A stretch of 64,000 nt of DNA from Phoronis australis (taxonomy: Eukaryota; Animalia; Phoronida): contig NMRA01000062.1 of assembly GCA_002633005.1 (NCBI GenBank), positions 419,981-483,980 of the forward strand, in the 5' to 3' direction. Position 1 is the stretch's first letter, and each line of letters begins with the position of its first letter. This document shows, piece by piece, positions 1-12,210 of this stretch. The translations under genes and the position numbers were made by a program. Under the pieces are notes generated by a model. That model had not been told where the DNA came from. It searched no databases and worked only from the letters and a program-made list of their open reading frames with translations.

Positions 1-504
1 TTGCAAACCCGCGGCCGGGTTGTACACACTCTCCGATCCGGCTGCGGGTGGACTACATCCGCGATGTGGACTCGCCGTCGGGGTGTGACAGGCCCGCGAA
101 CCTAACCTGGCTGTGAACCATAGTCTACGTCATGCGACGTGACGCGTTCTCAGTGCCGTAAGGACAGTCCAGGGGAGGTCTAACATGGCTGCGGACCTAT
201 CAACATCCCAGCGGGCCACTGGCCGTTTCGACTGGGGTAGCTATGACTCAGTACTGAGTGTTGCCACACCGGCCACTCGGTTTGGCGCCGATTTCGGGAT
301 ATCCTGACGTTAATACCCGTGACCGACTGTCTAGTTCGGGTCCTGGCTTTACAGAAGACGTCCTTCGGAAACTAGCACAAGTGCCCGGGTAAACGGCAAA
401 TTTCTCGGCCGTTTACTTCGGTTTCAGAAGAACGTCTTCTGTTCATTGGGCAGGGGTTAAGAAGTACTCACTTGAAAACAATTCGTAGTCTCGAGATACG
501 TGCC

Positions 505-915
505 GGAATCTGAAGGATATTGGTAATTTTATAGATTATTAGAGAAAGACACGTTCAAAAATCGAAATTCCTATAACGCGCAAGGCTGCGCGTTATACGA
601 ATCTGGAGAAGATTAGCAGTTTAAAGATTAGCCGGTATTAGAGAGACCCGATCAAAATGTCGCAGAATGTGTTATTGTGTTCATTTTCCCGTGTACTCCC
701 CACACAAAAATCGAAATTCCTATGTGGCGCAAGGCTGCACGTTATCGGAATCTGAGGAGTATTGGCAATTTTATAGATTATTAGAGAAAACCCCGTTCGA
801 AAATCGAAATTCCTATATTGCACAAGGCTGCGCGTTATGGGAATCCGAAGAAGAAGGGTGTTTTAAAGACTATTAGAGAAAGACCGAACAAAAATCGAAA
901 TTCCTATATTGCGCT
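505..915. repeat. Degenerate tandem repeat, ~92-94 bp unit, ~4 copies
   Basis: Core AAAATCGAAATTCCTAT..GC.CAAGGCTGC.CGTTAT recurs at ~557, ~707, ~800 and ~891 (last copy truncated), with a decayed copy at ~1126. Explains the internally repetitive ORF 667-876. Confidence 0.85.
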
Positions 916-1274
916 GATGGAGATTGGCCGATTTGTTGTGTAGTTCAAAGGCTGGGTCTACGAAAGTCGAATTATCATAGTGTGCATTGGTGCGCGGTTT
1001 AAAAATGTAGATGAATACCACTGTCTGGAACCTTGTGCAGTATAGGAATGTTACGAAGACTAGTAAAGAAAAGCAACTGTTGATGAATAGTCCATTTTAT
1101 ATGTAATTAAGAAAGTTGTTCAACGAAAATCGAAATTATTATATTGCGCAGTTTGGGGTTTTGCTAATTAGCGAATCAATCCTGAACGTACTAGTGAATG
1201 AAATGTAAAATTCCCATCAAGCTGCTGGGCATATTATAGAAAGTCAGATTTTGAATAAGTAGTCTATTTGTTTC

Positions 1275-1405
1275 CATAAAAGTTATACGCCGTATAGCAA
1301 CAACGACATCGCATTATCACCCGTTATTGTTGAACAATGTACCTGACGTCATGCAACAATCAAACTTATCCAGCGGATTACTTTTGAAGCGTTATGCAAC
1401 TCAGC
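1275..1405 (+). repeat. Interspersed repeat family A (copy 1 of 3)
   Basis: TTATTGTTGAACAATGTACCTGACGTCATGCAACAATCAAACTTATCCAGCGGA recurs as a near-identical reverse complement at ~51000-51055 and as a diverged direct copy at ~58840-58900. Confidence 0.8.
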
Positions 1406-2159
1406 CCAGAAGTATAAAAGAAGACAACTTGAATGTACAAATAAATACATCAAAGGCGTCACGGTGACATGCAAAGGTGTGTTACACCGCTGAAGGCTTG
1501 GCACCTTACAATAAATGAAATGTGGTGCTTGTGCCATTTTTGAGAACTGGCTTTCATAAAAAGATTGGTATCAAAATCCGGTGGAAGTTAGTGTATTGAG
1601 AAACAAAAATCTCTCTGTATTGCGAAGGAAATGGTGTGTTTCTAGTGGCATAGCTTCTTCATTATTATTTTAGAATGTTGGAGTAATAGAAATAATGTGT
1701 AGCAAGCTTAAGGCCAGCAATAAAATTGCAAATTCCAAACGAGCACATGCACGAATTGCCTGTGAGTCGAGTTGACGTTTCATTCTACAACAATTCAGCC
1801 ACATAATTATCTGAACTGACGAGTTCCTTCAGGCATATAAACCGCAAGCTGTTTTTGTAAACATCGTGTAGAACGAGACTCTTCTTTGGTTGGAGCGAAG
1901 TGATAAGATTCTAAAAGTGACTGTACAAGATCATCTCCGCAAAGCATAAAGAGAAAATTAATGAAAGTTGTCTTTACATGCCTAGGAGGTTCATGTCCAT
2001 CACATTTACCTACTCAACTGTCCATTCTATTTTAGGTCTGCAGATCCAGAATTTTAAACTGAAGAGTGTTTTTCAATTGTTAAATTTGTCGTGACGAGAT
2101 GGGACCTCTGTTTTGTGCCTGGCCCCAAGTTGTAGGATATTTACCTATAAACCGTCACT

Positions 2160-2316
2160 CCCAGGGGAGGACCAGGACTTTTAGTTGGGGGGGAAGGCAG
2201 AGTATTAGCCAGGATTTTGCCCGTCAGTCATTTGCACCCCCAATCTGCCAAATGGAATCTGGGAGAATTTTAGGGGGAGGGGCCCCTTGGCCCCTCCCCC
2301 CTTAAATCCGCCAATG
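2160..2316 (+). mobile_element. Short non-autonomous DNA transposon (MITE), same family as 48503-48665
   Basis: Colinear similarity to 48503-48665 (CAGGATTTTGCC..TCAG.CATT.GCA.CCC..A.CTGC.AAATGGA.TCTGGGAGAA.TT.AGGGGG). Ends resemble imperfect AGGGGCGGATCCAGG-type TIRs. Confidence 0.65.
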
Positions 2317-5300
2317 ACTCCGAATGACTAAATCTAGTCAGATAAAATTTCAATTGACGGTTTTGGTACACAGCATGCAACCGATGATCTCACATAAAGA
2401 ACAAGAAAGACAAACTATTTTGTTGAGATACCTTGAAGAGTAGCGTGACAAAGTTATATAATCTCGTCAATTATACACGGAAACACGGACGTATATATTA
2501 TATTCATAGTTGGTTTATACTCAGCTGCCTTTGACATCGGGCTATGAACAGGATACAGTTCGTTTCACATCCGTTAGTTGATCATGGTGCACGTGTTTCT
2601 AAATATTCACGTGTGTGTAAAACTCATCGTCAATTTTGAACGTCGTCACAACAAACTTGAGTAACAGCGACCAAGAATGAAGCCATAGACTACAACACGT
2701 TGGAACTGTCTGTGAACAACATGTAAATACCAAGCACGCTCATTCGGCACGTCACACGTCATTTTCCATAACATGTTATAATAGCTTACGTTAGCTTGAG
2801 CAACGGATTTCCCCCAAAACCGGACCATCGCATTTCTAACGGAATTTTAAGAGCCTGGAACTATTTTTCGCTAGCCTAAATCTTACAGGAGTATGAATTA
2901 TTGATTAAATTTCTCACCTTCACTATGGCCATTCGCCACTGAATTCACTGCACGCCGTAACGAGTAATCAATCGGCGAAATTTTATTTTTTTAAGAGCCA
3001 CTGCACGAGAATATTAGGCAAATTGCAATATTCTGGGATCATGACGTCACGATATTTAACTTTGATGTACTAAAAATATCACTTGGGGTGAACTAGCTCC
3101 AAAAATATAAGATAGTTTTGCCTTTGAATATACAAGGAATAATTAATTCGAGTGAGAAATTGATCGGAACCTCTCGTACGCAACTGCTGAAATTGCCCAG
3201 CGCAATTAAACTACTTTGCAGAGAATTTAAAAAATCTAAACTTGATTAAGTGATACACTACTCCACCCACCAAACCAGCTACACATTTAGGCCTAGTTCA
3301 AGGACCCTGTAATCGAAGGGCCACGGAATAGCTCAACATGCCCACATAGGTTCTGCAGTAACGACAGCTTTTGTCTTTGACTAGATATCTTTACTTCCGT
3401 AGACAGCACCCTTAAGTTCCGAAGGACACGTTTAGCGAGGGCACATTTTCACTTGTTTCACACTGTTATCAATAGAGGGCGGGAAAACAGTCAAAATATG
3501 ACTTAAACAGGAAGCGAATGTAATATAAACAACCTCGGTGAGTTTTAGTCCATACGTCACCTACATATTTGTTTCGAGCATTCCCTAAGCGAAATATTGT
3601 GTTAATGGCATTTTGCTAAAAAATTGGTAAACACAGACGTTACAAAATTTCCTGCCATTTCCCCGAGGTGAAAACAAACCCAACTTCGACGTCACGGTGA
3701 GGAGAGGTGTTGTTTAGCACGGTCTATGATTTCAGTGTTCGCCTGTCGACCATATAATAAACATATTTTAGTGAAATATGGTCATTTTCACCTGTTTATA
3801 TATTTGTGAAGCGTAAAATCTGCTGAAAAACACGGAACTTTATCTGACCTTGTTCAAGTTTGAAAGCTTACAAAGCTTTGCTTTACTCGAAGTCAAGATT
3901 GGCTGAGTTACGCTAAAGTTCCAAGTAGACGCATACCTAATCTTGAGAAAATGAAATTTCAGTTCTAGCACAACTGAGATATTCAGCCAATCAGCGAATG
4001 GATAAGAGAAATAATTCTTAATTCAAATCGTCAATATCTTCGCAGAGCTAATTTGTTTGCGCAGTCACACGATCAATCTCTTGTTCAGTTTTAGAGCCCT
4101 CATCGAATGTATCAGAAACGTTTTCAGATTTTCTTTCACTCTTTCTGATTTCACTGACTTAAGTGCCCAGGTAATTGTATTGCACGAATCCCTCACTCTA
4201 GGAGAGCTTCCTGCATTCTTTAACTGTGATCAGAAGAATTGATGAACCAGTTTCAGCTGGCACAGTGACCAAAACTCCAAGCTACATTGGAGGCTTGAAC
4301 CAAGTCACGCATAGGCTGATCTGTGAAATATTCTAAATTTCTTTTCACGTTTTGTTTTTAGAATAAATCAATCGTCAAAATTAAAGCTGCACTAGTGATT
4401 AGACAAGTCTCCCCGTCGGTCCTGCCACCTGTCGGCGTAGCTAGCATATAGGCCTTCTAGTCGTGCGAATCTTTCAGTACTTTTCAAGTCTGTATTTGTA
4501 AACAGTTTAATTAACAAAAAATTGTAATTAAGGGGCCCATTAAATATCAGTTTTGAATGTCAAATACCGGTTAATTGACATGCGAAAGTGTTAATTGTTG
4601 CGCTGACTTGTTGAAAGTAAACTAAGACTTGTTTCAGCTGTCGTGACGTCACAAGCCGACAATAAAGAACAAACATGACATATGTTGGTCAATCATCAAT
4701 TAAGCCAACCATAGCGACTTCCCTTATTGTCGATTTGTACACGAAGGACGTCACGTAACGAAATTCCACGCTGGTTATAATGCAACAACTAAGTGGGCTC
4801 GCTCAGGCGAGTCTTGTGAAATATTTTCGGATTTTTCAGAATTTTTTTCTGAGTGAACAAAGATAATGATTCGGATCTGCAATTGGATTCCTGCGATAAA
4901 CCTTCACGAGCCAGGGAATAACTCAACAAGACGCGTATGAGTGGGCCTTATGACAAAAGTGCATAGCAAAGGTTACAAGAGCCAAACTAAACTCAACATG
5001 CTTGCAAATTCCTCCGTTTTGAAACTTTTCGTTGATGCAATTTCTTCAAACTTGTTTTATGACCGACAGTCCAGGACCAGCCAAAATGATGTCCATGTAC
5101 TTGCTCATTTATGGCCAACATAATCCAGTCTTCTGCTGGCGTAGATCTGGATACGCCGCGTTCCTTTATTATCCAGTTTTGGCGGAGAAAGCGCTTTCGA
5201 CTTTTTCCGCATATACATCTCTCTTGATTGTGACACGGAAGTTACGATTACCAACTCTCCGTATTTTGATATACAAGGGGCCAAACACTTTCTAGAATCA

Positions 5301-6499
5301 AACAAAATTAATGTAACTGTGTTAAGTATTACCATTCAATCACTTAGCGCCAAATTATCTCATGTCAATTGTAAACAATTATTCTAACACAGCATTCACA
5401 CTGTAGACTTATTCTCCTACGACACTGTATGAGAATCATGGTTAACAACTTCCACCTGGCCTTCAAACTTTACAATTGATGGCTAAAGCATGCACTCCAA
5501 ACCCGCATCTGTCTTTTGCTCAGCAAACGAAGGTCTTGCTGTAGGTGTAAGTGACAAACTGGTGGTAAAAAGTCCACGCCCTTGATTCTTTTACAGCGTT
5601 CGAAGGTCTACTCATTTATATCACCATTGATCATAAAAACATTTGCATCGGATACCTTTACAGACTGCCAGTCTCATCTGTGAAATAACGTTTGACGCAT
5701 TATTCCAATCATAATTACGCCATACCCGGTGACACGTTGAATAACCTCATAAAAACACTTTGGGCCCCAAAAGTGCCATAAACACAAACATAAACACGTG
5801 CTTAACGACTGGTAACCTAATACGAATTCGTTTCAAGGATAAGCTCCACAGACAAACCAAGGTAAACCCTCGCAACTCACAATCTTATTTTGCCTGTGTA
5901 AATAACTTCAAATTATGCAACAAGATTCTCGAAAACAAATTGCTTCCTCTAAGCAGTCCTACTACCATAATACTTTGAAAAAGTATAGTCTTACACCAAT
6001 AAAACATGGGATATAATTCCAACAATTATGAACAACAAGAGTGCGAGTGTTTGGTACTCTGGAGTGTCTCTTACGTGTAGACAACTTACACTAAACCTGG
6101 TCGTTGTACGAAATGCCAAGATTATTCAACAATTGCTTCTTTCAAAAAAGTCCATCCCTTTGTGAATCAACAAGAAACATTTCAAAAACTATCGTCCCGC
6201 TGCTAAACCGTTTAAGAACATTAATCATGAACATGTACAAGTATAAGAGACATGGTTGCAAAACAAAGCACTGATCACAACAACTTGTTCGAAATAACCA
6301 AACTTGCTGTCCATATATAACCCACCCTCTCACGATCACCATAAATCAAAATCTACACACCGCCATCTTTCCCGATTCTCTGAAGATTGCAGACAGCACG
6401 ATTTGGACCCAGAGCAACCTGGCCACAACAGACCCATTTTTCGATGCTTCTCGCCATCCCAAAAAGTATTGAAAATTGCCCACAATCAATTTTTGTAGT

Positions 6500-6720
6500 T
6501 TCCTAAGTGCTAATCATATCCTTTATAAACATAAAGAAATTTCATTCTCGAAAACTTGTTTCACTTGAATTTCTGAATCGTATGCTGCATACTGACAATA
6601 ACACAAACCCTCTCGTCTACTTTGTCAATCTGTCAAAAGCCTTTGACACTATTGATTACCATATCCTCTTACAGATGAGTCACTACGGTATAGCAGGTAC
6701 TGAGAAATACACTTTTCGGC
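6500..6720 (+). mobile_element. Decayed LINE (CR1/L2-like) reverse transcriptase fragment
   Basis: Translation YFVNLSKAFDTIDYHILLQ-MSHYGIAG matches the LINE RT motif FxDLSKAFDxVxHxxLLxKLxxYGIxG. The A-rich upstream sequence (~5500-6500) is probably more of the same decayed element. Confidence 0.75.
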
Positions 6721-7619
6721 GTACACTGTTTTCCGCAAATCGTCCCATTTTGTCGAATCCCGTCTTAAACAAGTTTCGAAAACTGACGGAGACAAATCAT
6801 TTGAGGACAACCTGTCTGATGATGATTCATGTTTCGCACACATTTTGAGTTTCAATATTTACCCAAGTGTGTGCAATGAATGATTTTGCCACTCTGAAAT
6901 AACCCTGGCGTTTTGGTGATATTTGAATTTGGTTGACGAAATTCTACTTGTTCTATTCCATTTGTCCACACTCGGGTGAGCATTCCACCAGAAACGTAAG
7001 TACCCGTGTTTCACCATGTGACCATGGAATTAGGAACAACCCCTAAGGGGATCCCGAAACCTAACTCTTACAAACAGTACGCCGGAGTAGCGAGGCTAGT
7101 TGAATAATTTTTGCTCGAAAGATAATTTCGCCGAAACTTTATGGCAACTTTGCTTGATACTAAGCAAGGTGATAATTCATTGCTTCCGTTGCGTGCTGAA
7201 CATGTGAAATCCTATACCCCATATCGGGAATTTCCTTGAATAGGTCCATGGTCGGATATTCGGAATACAACCTTTCAGAAACGTCAAATGGAAAGAGAGT
7301 GCCCTTTACGCTGTGCTAATACGATTAGTTATCAACAAATCAACCCAATATCTGATTAAATGACAGTCACCTGAGCGAAATGATGATCCCAAACTATAAT
7401 GTCTAGACCAAATAAACAGAATTTTATACATCAAAACATATTTCATACGAATTTCCGAACAATCCATCAGATTTTCAAAACATGCAAACTGTTACTCAAA
7501 ATACGTCCATAGTCGTACTTTTGGGTGGGTCTATTTTCGGAAAACCCCGGTAGTTACATGTAGTTTGTAGTAAGTGTTCGGATCCATAGCCAGAACGATT
7601 AAAGTTGCCCGTGCTTGGG

Positions 7620-8060
7620 GAAGACTGCAACACATGGTGAGGACAATGTAATACATGGTGGAGAATACTGTAACACATCATGTGGAATCATCGTGGACAA
7701 CACTGTAACACATCGTGGGGGTCACTATGACACATTGTGCAGAATACTGTAATATGGTGGAGAATACATGTACTGTAACACACAATGGAGAATATTTTAA
7801 CACATCGTTAAGAATACTGTAATACATGGTGGGAAATACTGCAACACATCGTGCAGAATAATGTAACACATGGTGGAGAACACTGCTACACATCGTTAAG
7901 AATACTGTAACGCATCGTGAGGAATACCTTAACAAACCGTGGAGTACGCTGCAACACGTAGAGAATACTGTAACTCATCGTGAGGAACACTGTAATACAC
8001 GGTGGCAAAACGGTAAAACGTCGTGGAGAACATTTCAACACATTTGTAACACCGTGGGAC
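7620..8060. repeat. Minisatellite, 22-bp unit GAGAATACTGTAACACATCGTG, roughly 19-20 degenerate copies
   Basis: Repeat directly visible; it accounts for ORFs 7496-7681, 7678-7935 and 7929-8117. Confidence 0.9.
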
Positions 8061-9428
8061 TACAATAGTTAAACTTGCCGTGTTCCGTAACCGTACAGTT
8101 ATTCTGAATTCGTACATTCTGTAAATACTCTGCTATTGCTAAAAGATGGCGCTGTTGTTTGTTCCGGATGTTTTCGCGCCTTGGGGAGTGTTATAGGTTT
8201 CTGTCTCTATCTCGGCGATGTCAAACAACAGTTCTGCTGTGACCTTCCATTGTATTGGTATAAAGTTACGTGGTTCCAACTTGTAGTGTTAGTTGTCTTC
8301 CGCCTGTACTAAACCCTGCAACTTGTTATGTGTCCTAATTAGGTAGACTATGCAAAATTTCGTCGATTCACTCTGATTAAAGAAGCATGGAACGCGAAAA
8401 CTCCCCAAAAATATCCTGACGAAAACGTCATTTCGCAAAGTCTATTATTACTAGTTATTCGCTTTCCCTGTGAGGGATTTTCCAGATAAAAATCCCGCAA
8501 TTCACGTTTTTTGAAATACGCGTGAATGAAAAACTCTGTAGTCACCACAGTGTTTCTAATCTGCCTATCACTTAGATAAATGCGCGCACGTGCTTACAGT
8601 CATTCAACAAACAGCTGACTGGCCAGATTAATATCAACAGCAGATTATTAGATTATCATGTGTGATCGCACTCCGAATCTAAGGTCGACAGGCCAGCCAG
8701 TGTAGCAAGCAGTTTTCCAAAACAAATGTGCGTTTTAGAATACTTATGAATACAACGTTACCTATATCACTAATTAAAACTGTTACAAATTACATCAATT
8801 GTCTCTTAATCGGACTGGCTGCTGCTTAGGTCGCCATTGGTTTGCTTACATCAAAGCCCACAATAGTCGAATAAGAGCAAAGTTCTACGTCTACATCTTC
8901 ACATACCAGATAAGGAGACTGACATGCTTTGCCTTGTGGGAGAAATATCGACAAATGCTGTGCAGTTGACAGATGGTATTTTTTAAACTGAATCTTAAAG
9001 AAAAATGCTTCACATCAACAAAAATGCAAAATCTTCGTGAAGAAGCCGTAAAAATACCTGGTGAGCAGGTTGAATTCTGTTTCAGTGGCAGAGAGAACCA
9101 GTACGAGTAATACATTTTTCGCGTTCCAGGCCTTTTTAACTCAGCGTGCGTGTTTAAAAATTGAAAACACGAATAATCGGTAATAATCGGAGACTGGGCT
9201 CATAAAAGGCAAAGATTTTATAGATACCTAAGTATCTTTGTAAAAGGTCTTAAAAAGTATGTGGTCGTACCCGAGCAACTGATTTGAAATAATGCACAGA
9301 GTGTTAAATTACTGCGCATGTATCGGCAAAACAACATCACCTGACTACGAGCTGTTTTTTAGCTGCAGGCCGGGTGGCGGCTAAGCAAGGTTTGTGGGTA
9401 TATAGGCATCTGAAATTCTCCCTATATG

Positions 9429-9488
9429 CATGGACGGCGCACCGTAGGGGGCTATAGCCCCCACTTTTTTGCTGCTGCACCGCCCATG
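9429..9488. mobile_element. 60-bp hairpin mini-MITE (CATGGGCGGCGCA...TGCGCCGCCCATG family)
   Basis: Terminal inverted repeats CATGG.CGG.GCA; related copies at 15728-15818 and 24623-24708. Confidence 0.65.
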
Positions 9489-9830
9489 ATAGGGGTGTTC
9501 ACTTTGGGCCGATGTCATTAATGAATGAATTGAGCATCAAGGGTGCAAAGGATGAGTGCGAAAATCGTGAAAACTCTGAAAACTTTAGGGTGGTGTTTAG
9601 TCGGACAACTATGGTAATGCATCATCAGATTTTTTTGCCTAGTAGAATGCTAATGCGTCTCAAGCTCCCGTTACTTGTACACATACCACTGGGGCAAGTT
9701 GTAACTTGTTACAGGTAATTTGCTACGTCATACGCCACGAGCTATTTAGAGAAATGGGCAGAGATTATTGAAGATATGCACGAGTTTTTACTTCTTTTTA
9801 CGGAATGGGTTATTTGGAATTAATAATGAA

Positions 9831-9862
9831 GGGAGGGAGGGAGGGAGGGGGGGGGGGGTGGT
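9831..9862 (+). repeat. (GGGA)n/poly-G tract
   Basis: GGGAGGGAGGGAGGGAGGGGGGGGGGGGTGG; has G-quadruplex potential. Confidence 0.85.
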
Positions 9863-10029
9863 AGGAGAGAGGACTGGCTGTTATTGAATTCCGATAGTTT
9901 TCTTGCGTTATTCTGTCATTTGGTGAGAGAGCCCGTTGCACACGTTAGGACATCTAGTGAGGTAGAGTGTTACGGGTAGTCAACATATACAGGGGAGGGA
10001 AAAGGAGCAGGAGTCCTGCTTGGCCCTCA

Positions 10030-10340
10030 TTTGAAAATTAAAGATACTCGCATACTCTTTCCTGTGCATTCACCGGTTCAGTTTCGTCAGTCAAATAATA
10101 TCCCCAAAATCTAAGCATTTCGTAACTTTCAGCCCGTTGGGTTTGCCTCATTTTACCACTAGTGTTAACCTCATTATATGTGGTGGCCGTCGAGTGAGTA
10201 CCCAAAATGCTTGAGTCAGCTGCCACGCACTATGGCGGCAATTTTAGGTGATGGTGCACCATCAGATAGAACTTAAACTAAAAATCATATTAAATTGAAT
10301 TAAGTTTGAAAATATTTCGAGCTGTGTTGAATGAGCTTTA
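10030..10340 (-). mobile_element. Internal fragment of the Tc1/mariner-like MITE family (see 47637-48206)
   Basis: Reverse-complement similarity to 47858-48120 (CAGTTTCGTCAGT, TAACTTTCAGCC, TTTTAGGTG.TGGTGCA, GAGCTGT.TTGAATGAGC). Confidence 0.7.
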
Positions 10341-11147
10341 CCTGGGTAAAAATGTTGCCTGAACTAACTTGCTTTGAAATCCGTTTAACGAAACTGACTA
10401 GAAGAGAGGATCTTTAAGTGTCACAGACTGGATATTATCTGTAACAGCAGTGTGTTTTATGCCCAACAGGCAGCTAGCAAGCCAGTTAAATTCGTTTTCT
10501 TGGATTTTGTATTAGCTTAATGTTTGCAGAAATGCATTGGGGTCATCTCATAAAAGGCTTTCGATAGGTCAGCAAATATTGCGAGCCGGACTTTTCATTG
10601 AAATAAGTGATTTGGCATTTTGTCTTTAAGATCTGCAGCTTGATAAATCTTCGTTGTTTTTAATTAATGGGACAACGTTTGCAATTTAAATTTTATTCGC
10701 GAAAGCTCAATTTGCAAACAATTTGTTAATGACAAAGGGCGAGGGTTTTGTGAATTAAAGAGAGCATGATTTTAATAATTTGATGGTGATTTATTTCTCC
10801 GTGTGAGTCAAACTGATGAGTGTTTTAAAGTGGACATTGTTTTAATACCCTAATATTCATTAGCAACTGCAATTTTTTAATCTGCGTTGCACTTATGATG
10901 GGAGACGTATAGTACCTGTTTAGTTAGTATTAAACTGAAGTTCACAAGGTCACAAGGTGAACGGCTATCTTTAACATATCGTATGATGAAAAAAAAAACT
11001 TTGGAAATATCCAGCTTTCTATTCTGTTTATATACACAACAAACAATATAAGCATCAGCGAATATTTAAAACTAAATTTAAGTGTGTTACTTACAGTTGT
11101 TTTCTTAAAAGGATACCAAACCCAGTTTTGGCCTATTAACAGATACT

Positions 11148-11445
11148 AAAACGACTTTTCCATACAATTCACTGAAACAAAATGATACTCTGTAAAACTC
11201 GACTACCCTCAAAAGTTTCGAGGAAAATTTGAAAATTGCTTTCTACAAATGCTAAACAGGCAAGCGTGACCTACGCTTTTTGCGAATTCACAACAACTGA
11301 AGGGAAAGACCACCCACCAAGGACCATAATGTCTAATGTGTGACATAGGGAGTTGATACTTGCCTTCAACATCTGAAATTGACCCTAATGATTCATCAGC
11401 AAGTGACAGGACGAGGATTGGTTGAAATCATCAAAGCAGGGTTTA
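11148..11445 (+). repeat. Interspersed repeat family B (~300 bp)
   Basis: AAAACGACTTT..CAT.CAA...AAAATTTGAAAA...ACCCACCAAG.ACCATAAT...TTGGTTGAAATCA.CAAA. Copies at 23772-24078, 30798-31010, 62600-62692 (partial), 28676-28960 (-) and 47252-47290 (-, partial). Confidence 0.75.
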
Positions 11446-12210
11446 CTATCCTTCTAACACCGACGCTTTTCTACATAGTGTCAAACTATTCAATCGATTG
11501 TGGTAACTTATTTGATTTGATGATAAATCAATATTTTTAATTATACACACTTTTGATATTTACTGTAATTAAAATCACGCGAAAAACATCATTATCACCA
11601 ATCACCGTTCCTTCTATTCCACTCGCCGTTACATGTACATTTTGTCGTCACTTGAGATGTATGCTCCAGTATGCACTCAATAAAGGTAGGGTAGCTTGTG
11701 TGGATTTGGTTAAACGCTGTTACCACAACCATGACCGAATAACTTGTTAAATACTTTCATTAAAATAGCAAAAATCATTTCTACTTCAGTTTTGTGAACA
11801 ACATTTCTATTTTATTCAGAAACGATTTTGGATCCCATAGTGATATTTTCAGCTACACCTGTACCTATATTCTGCTGTTGTTGCCGTCTCTATGTTCTCA
11901 GGTAGGCTACCGTCGTTTTACATTAGAAAATTACCATCTATACGTTGTCTCACCTCGACATTTCCCCGGCTTAACGTTCCTGGGCCCGGCGTTCTACCTT
12001 TCCGATGCCTCCCGGTTCGGTGCCGACTAGCTCTTTTACAGTTTGGGCGACATTCCAAGTTTTCCTGAAACCGAAGATTCAGAAGTTTTCTTGTTAGTCG
12101 TCTATAAGCCCTTATCAAAATTTTTCGATCCACAACGGACATGTATTCCTGACCATGTTTTTGTTTGCGCTTTTTAATCACTGAAAAGCATCATCCCCAG
12201 AAACAATTAA

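Noticed and set aside
7620-8060. Regularly spaced 22-bp repeats resembling a CRISPR array
   Set aside because: Head-to-tail degenerate units with no unique spacers and no cas genes, in a eukaryotic context: a minisatellite.
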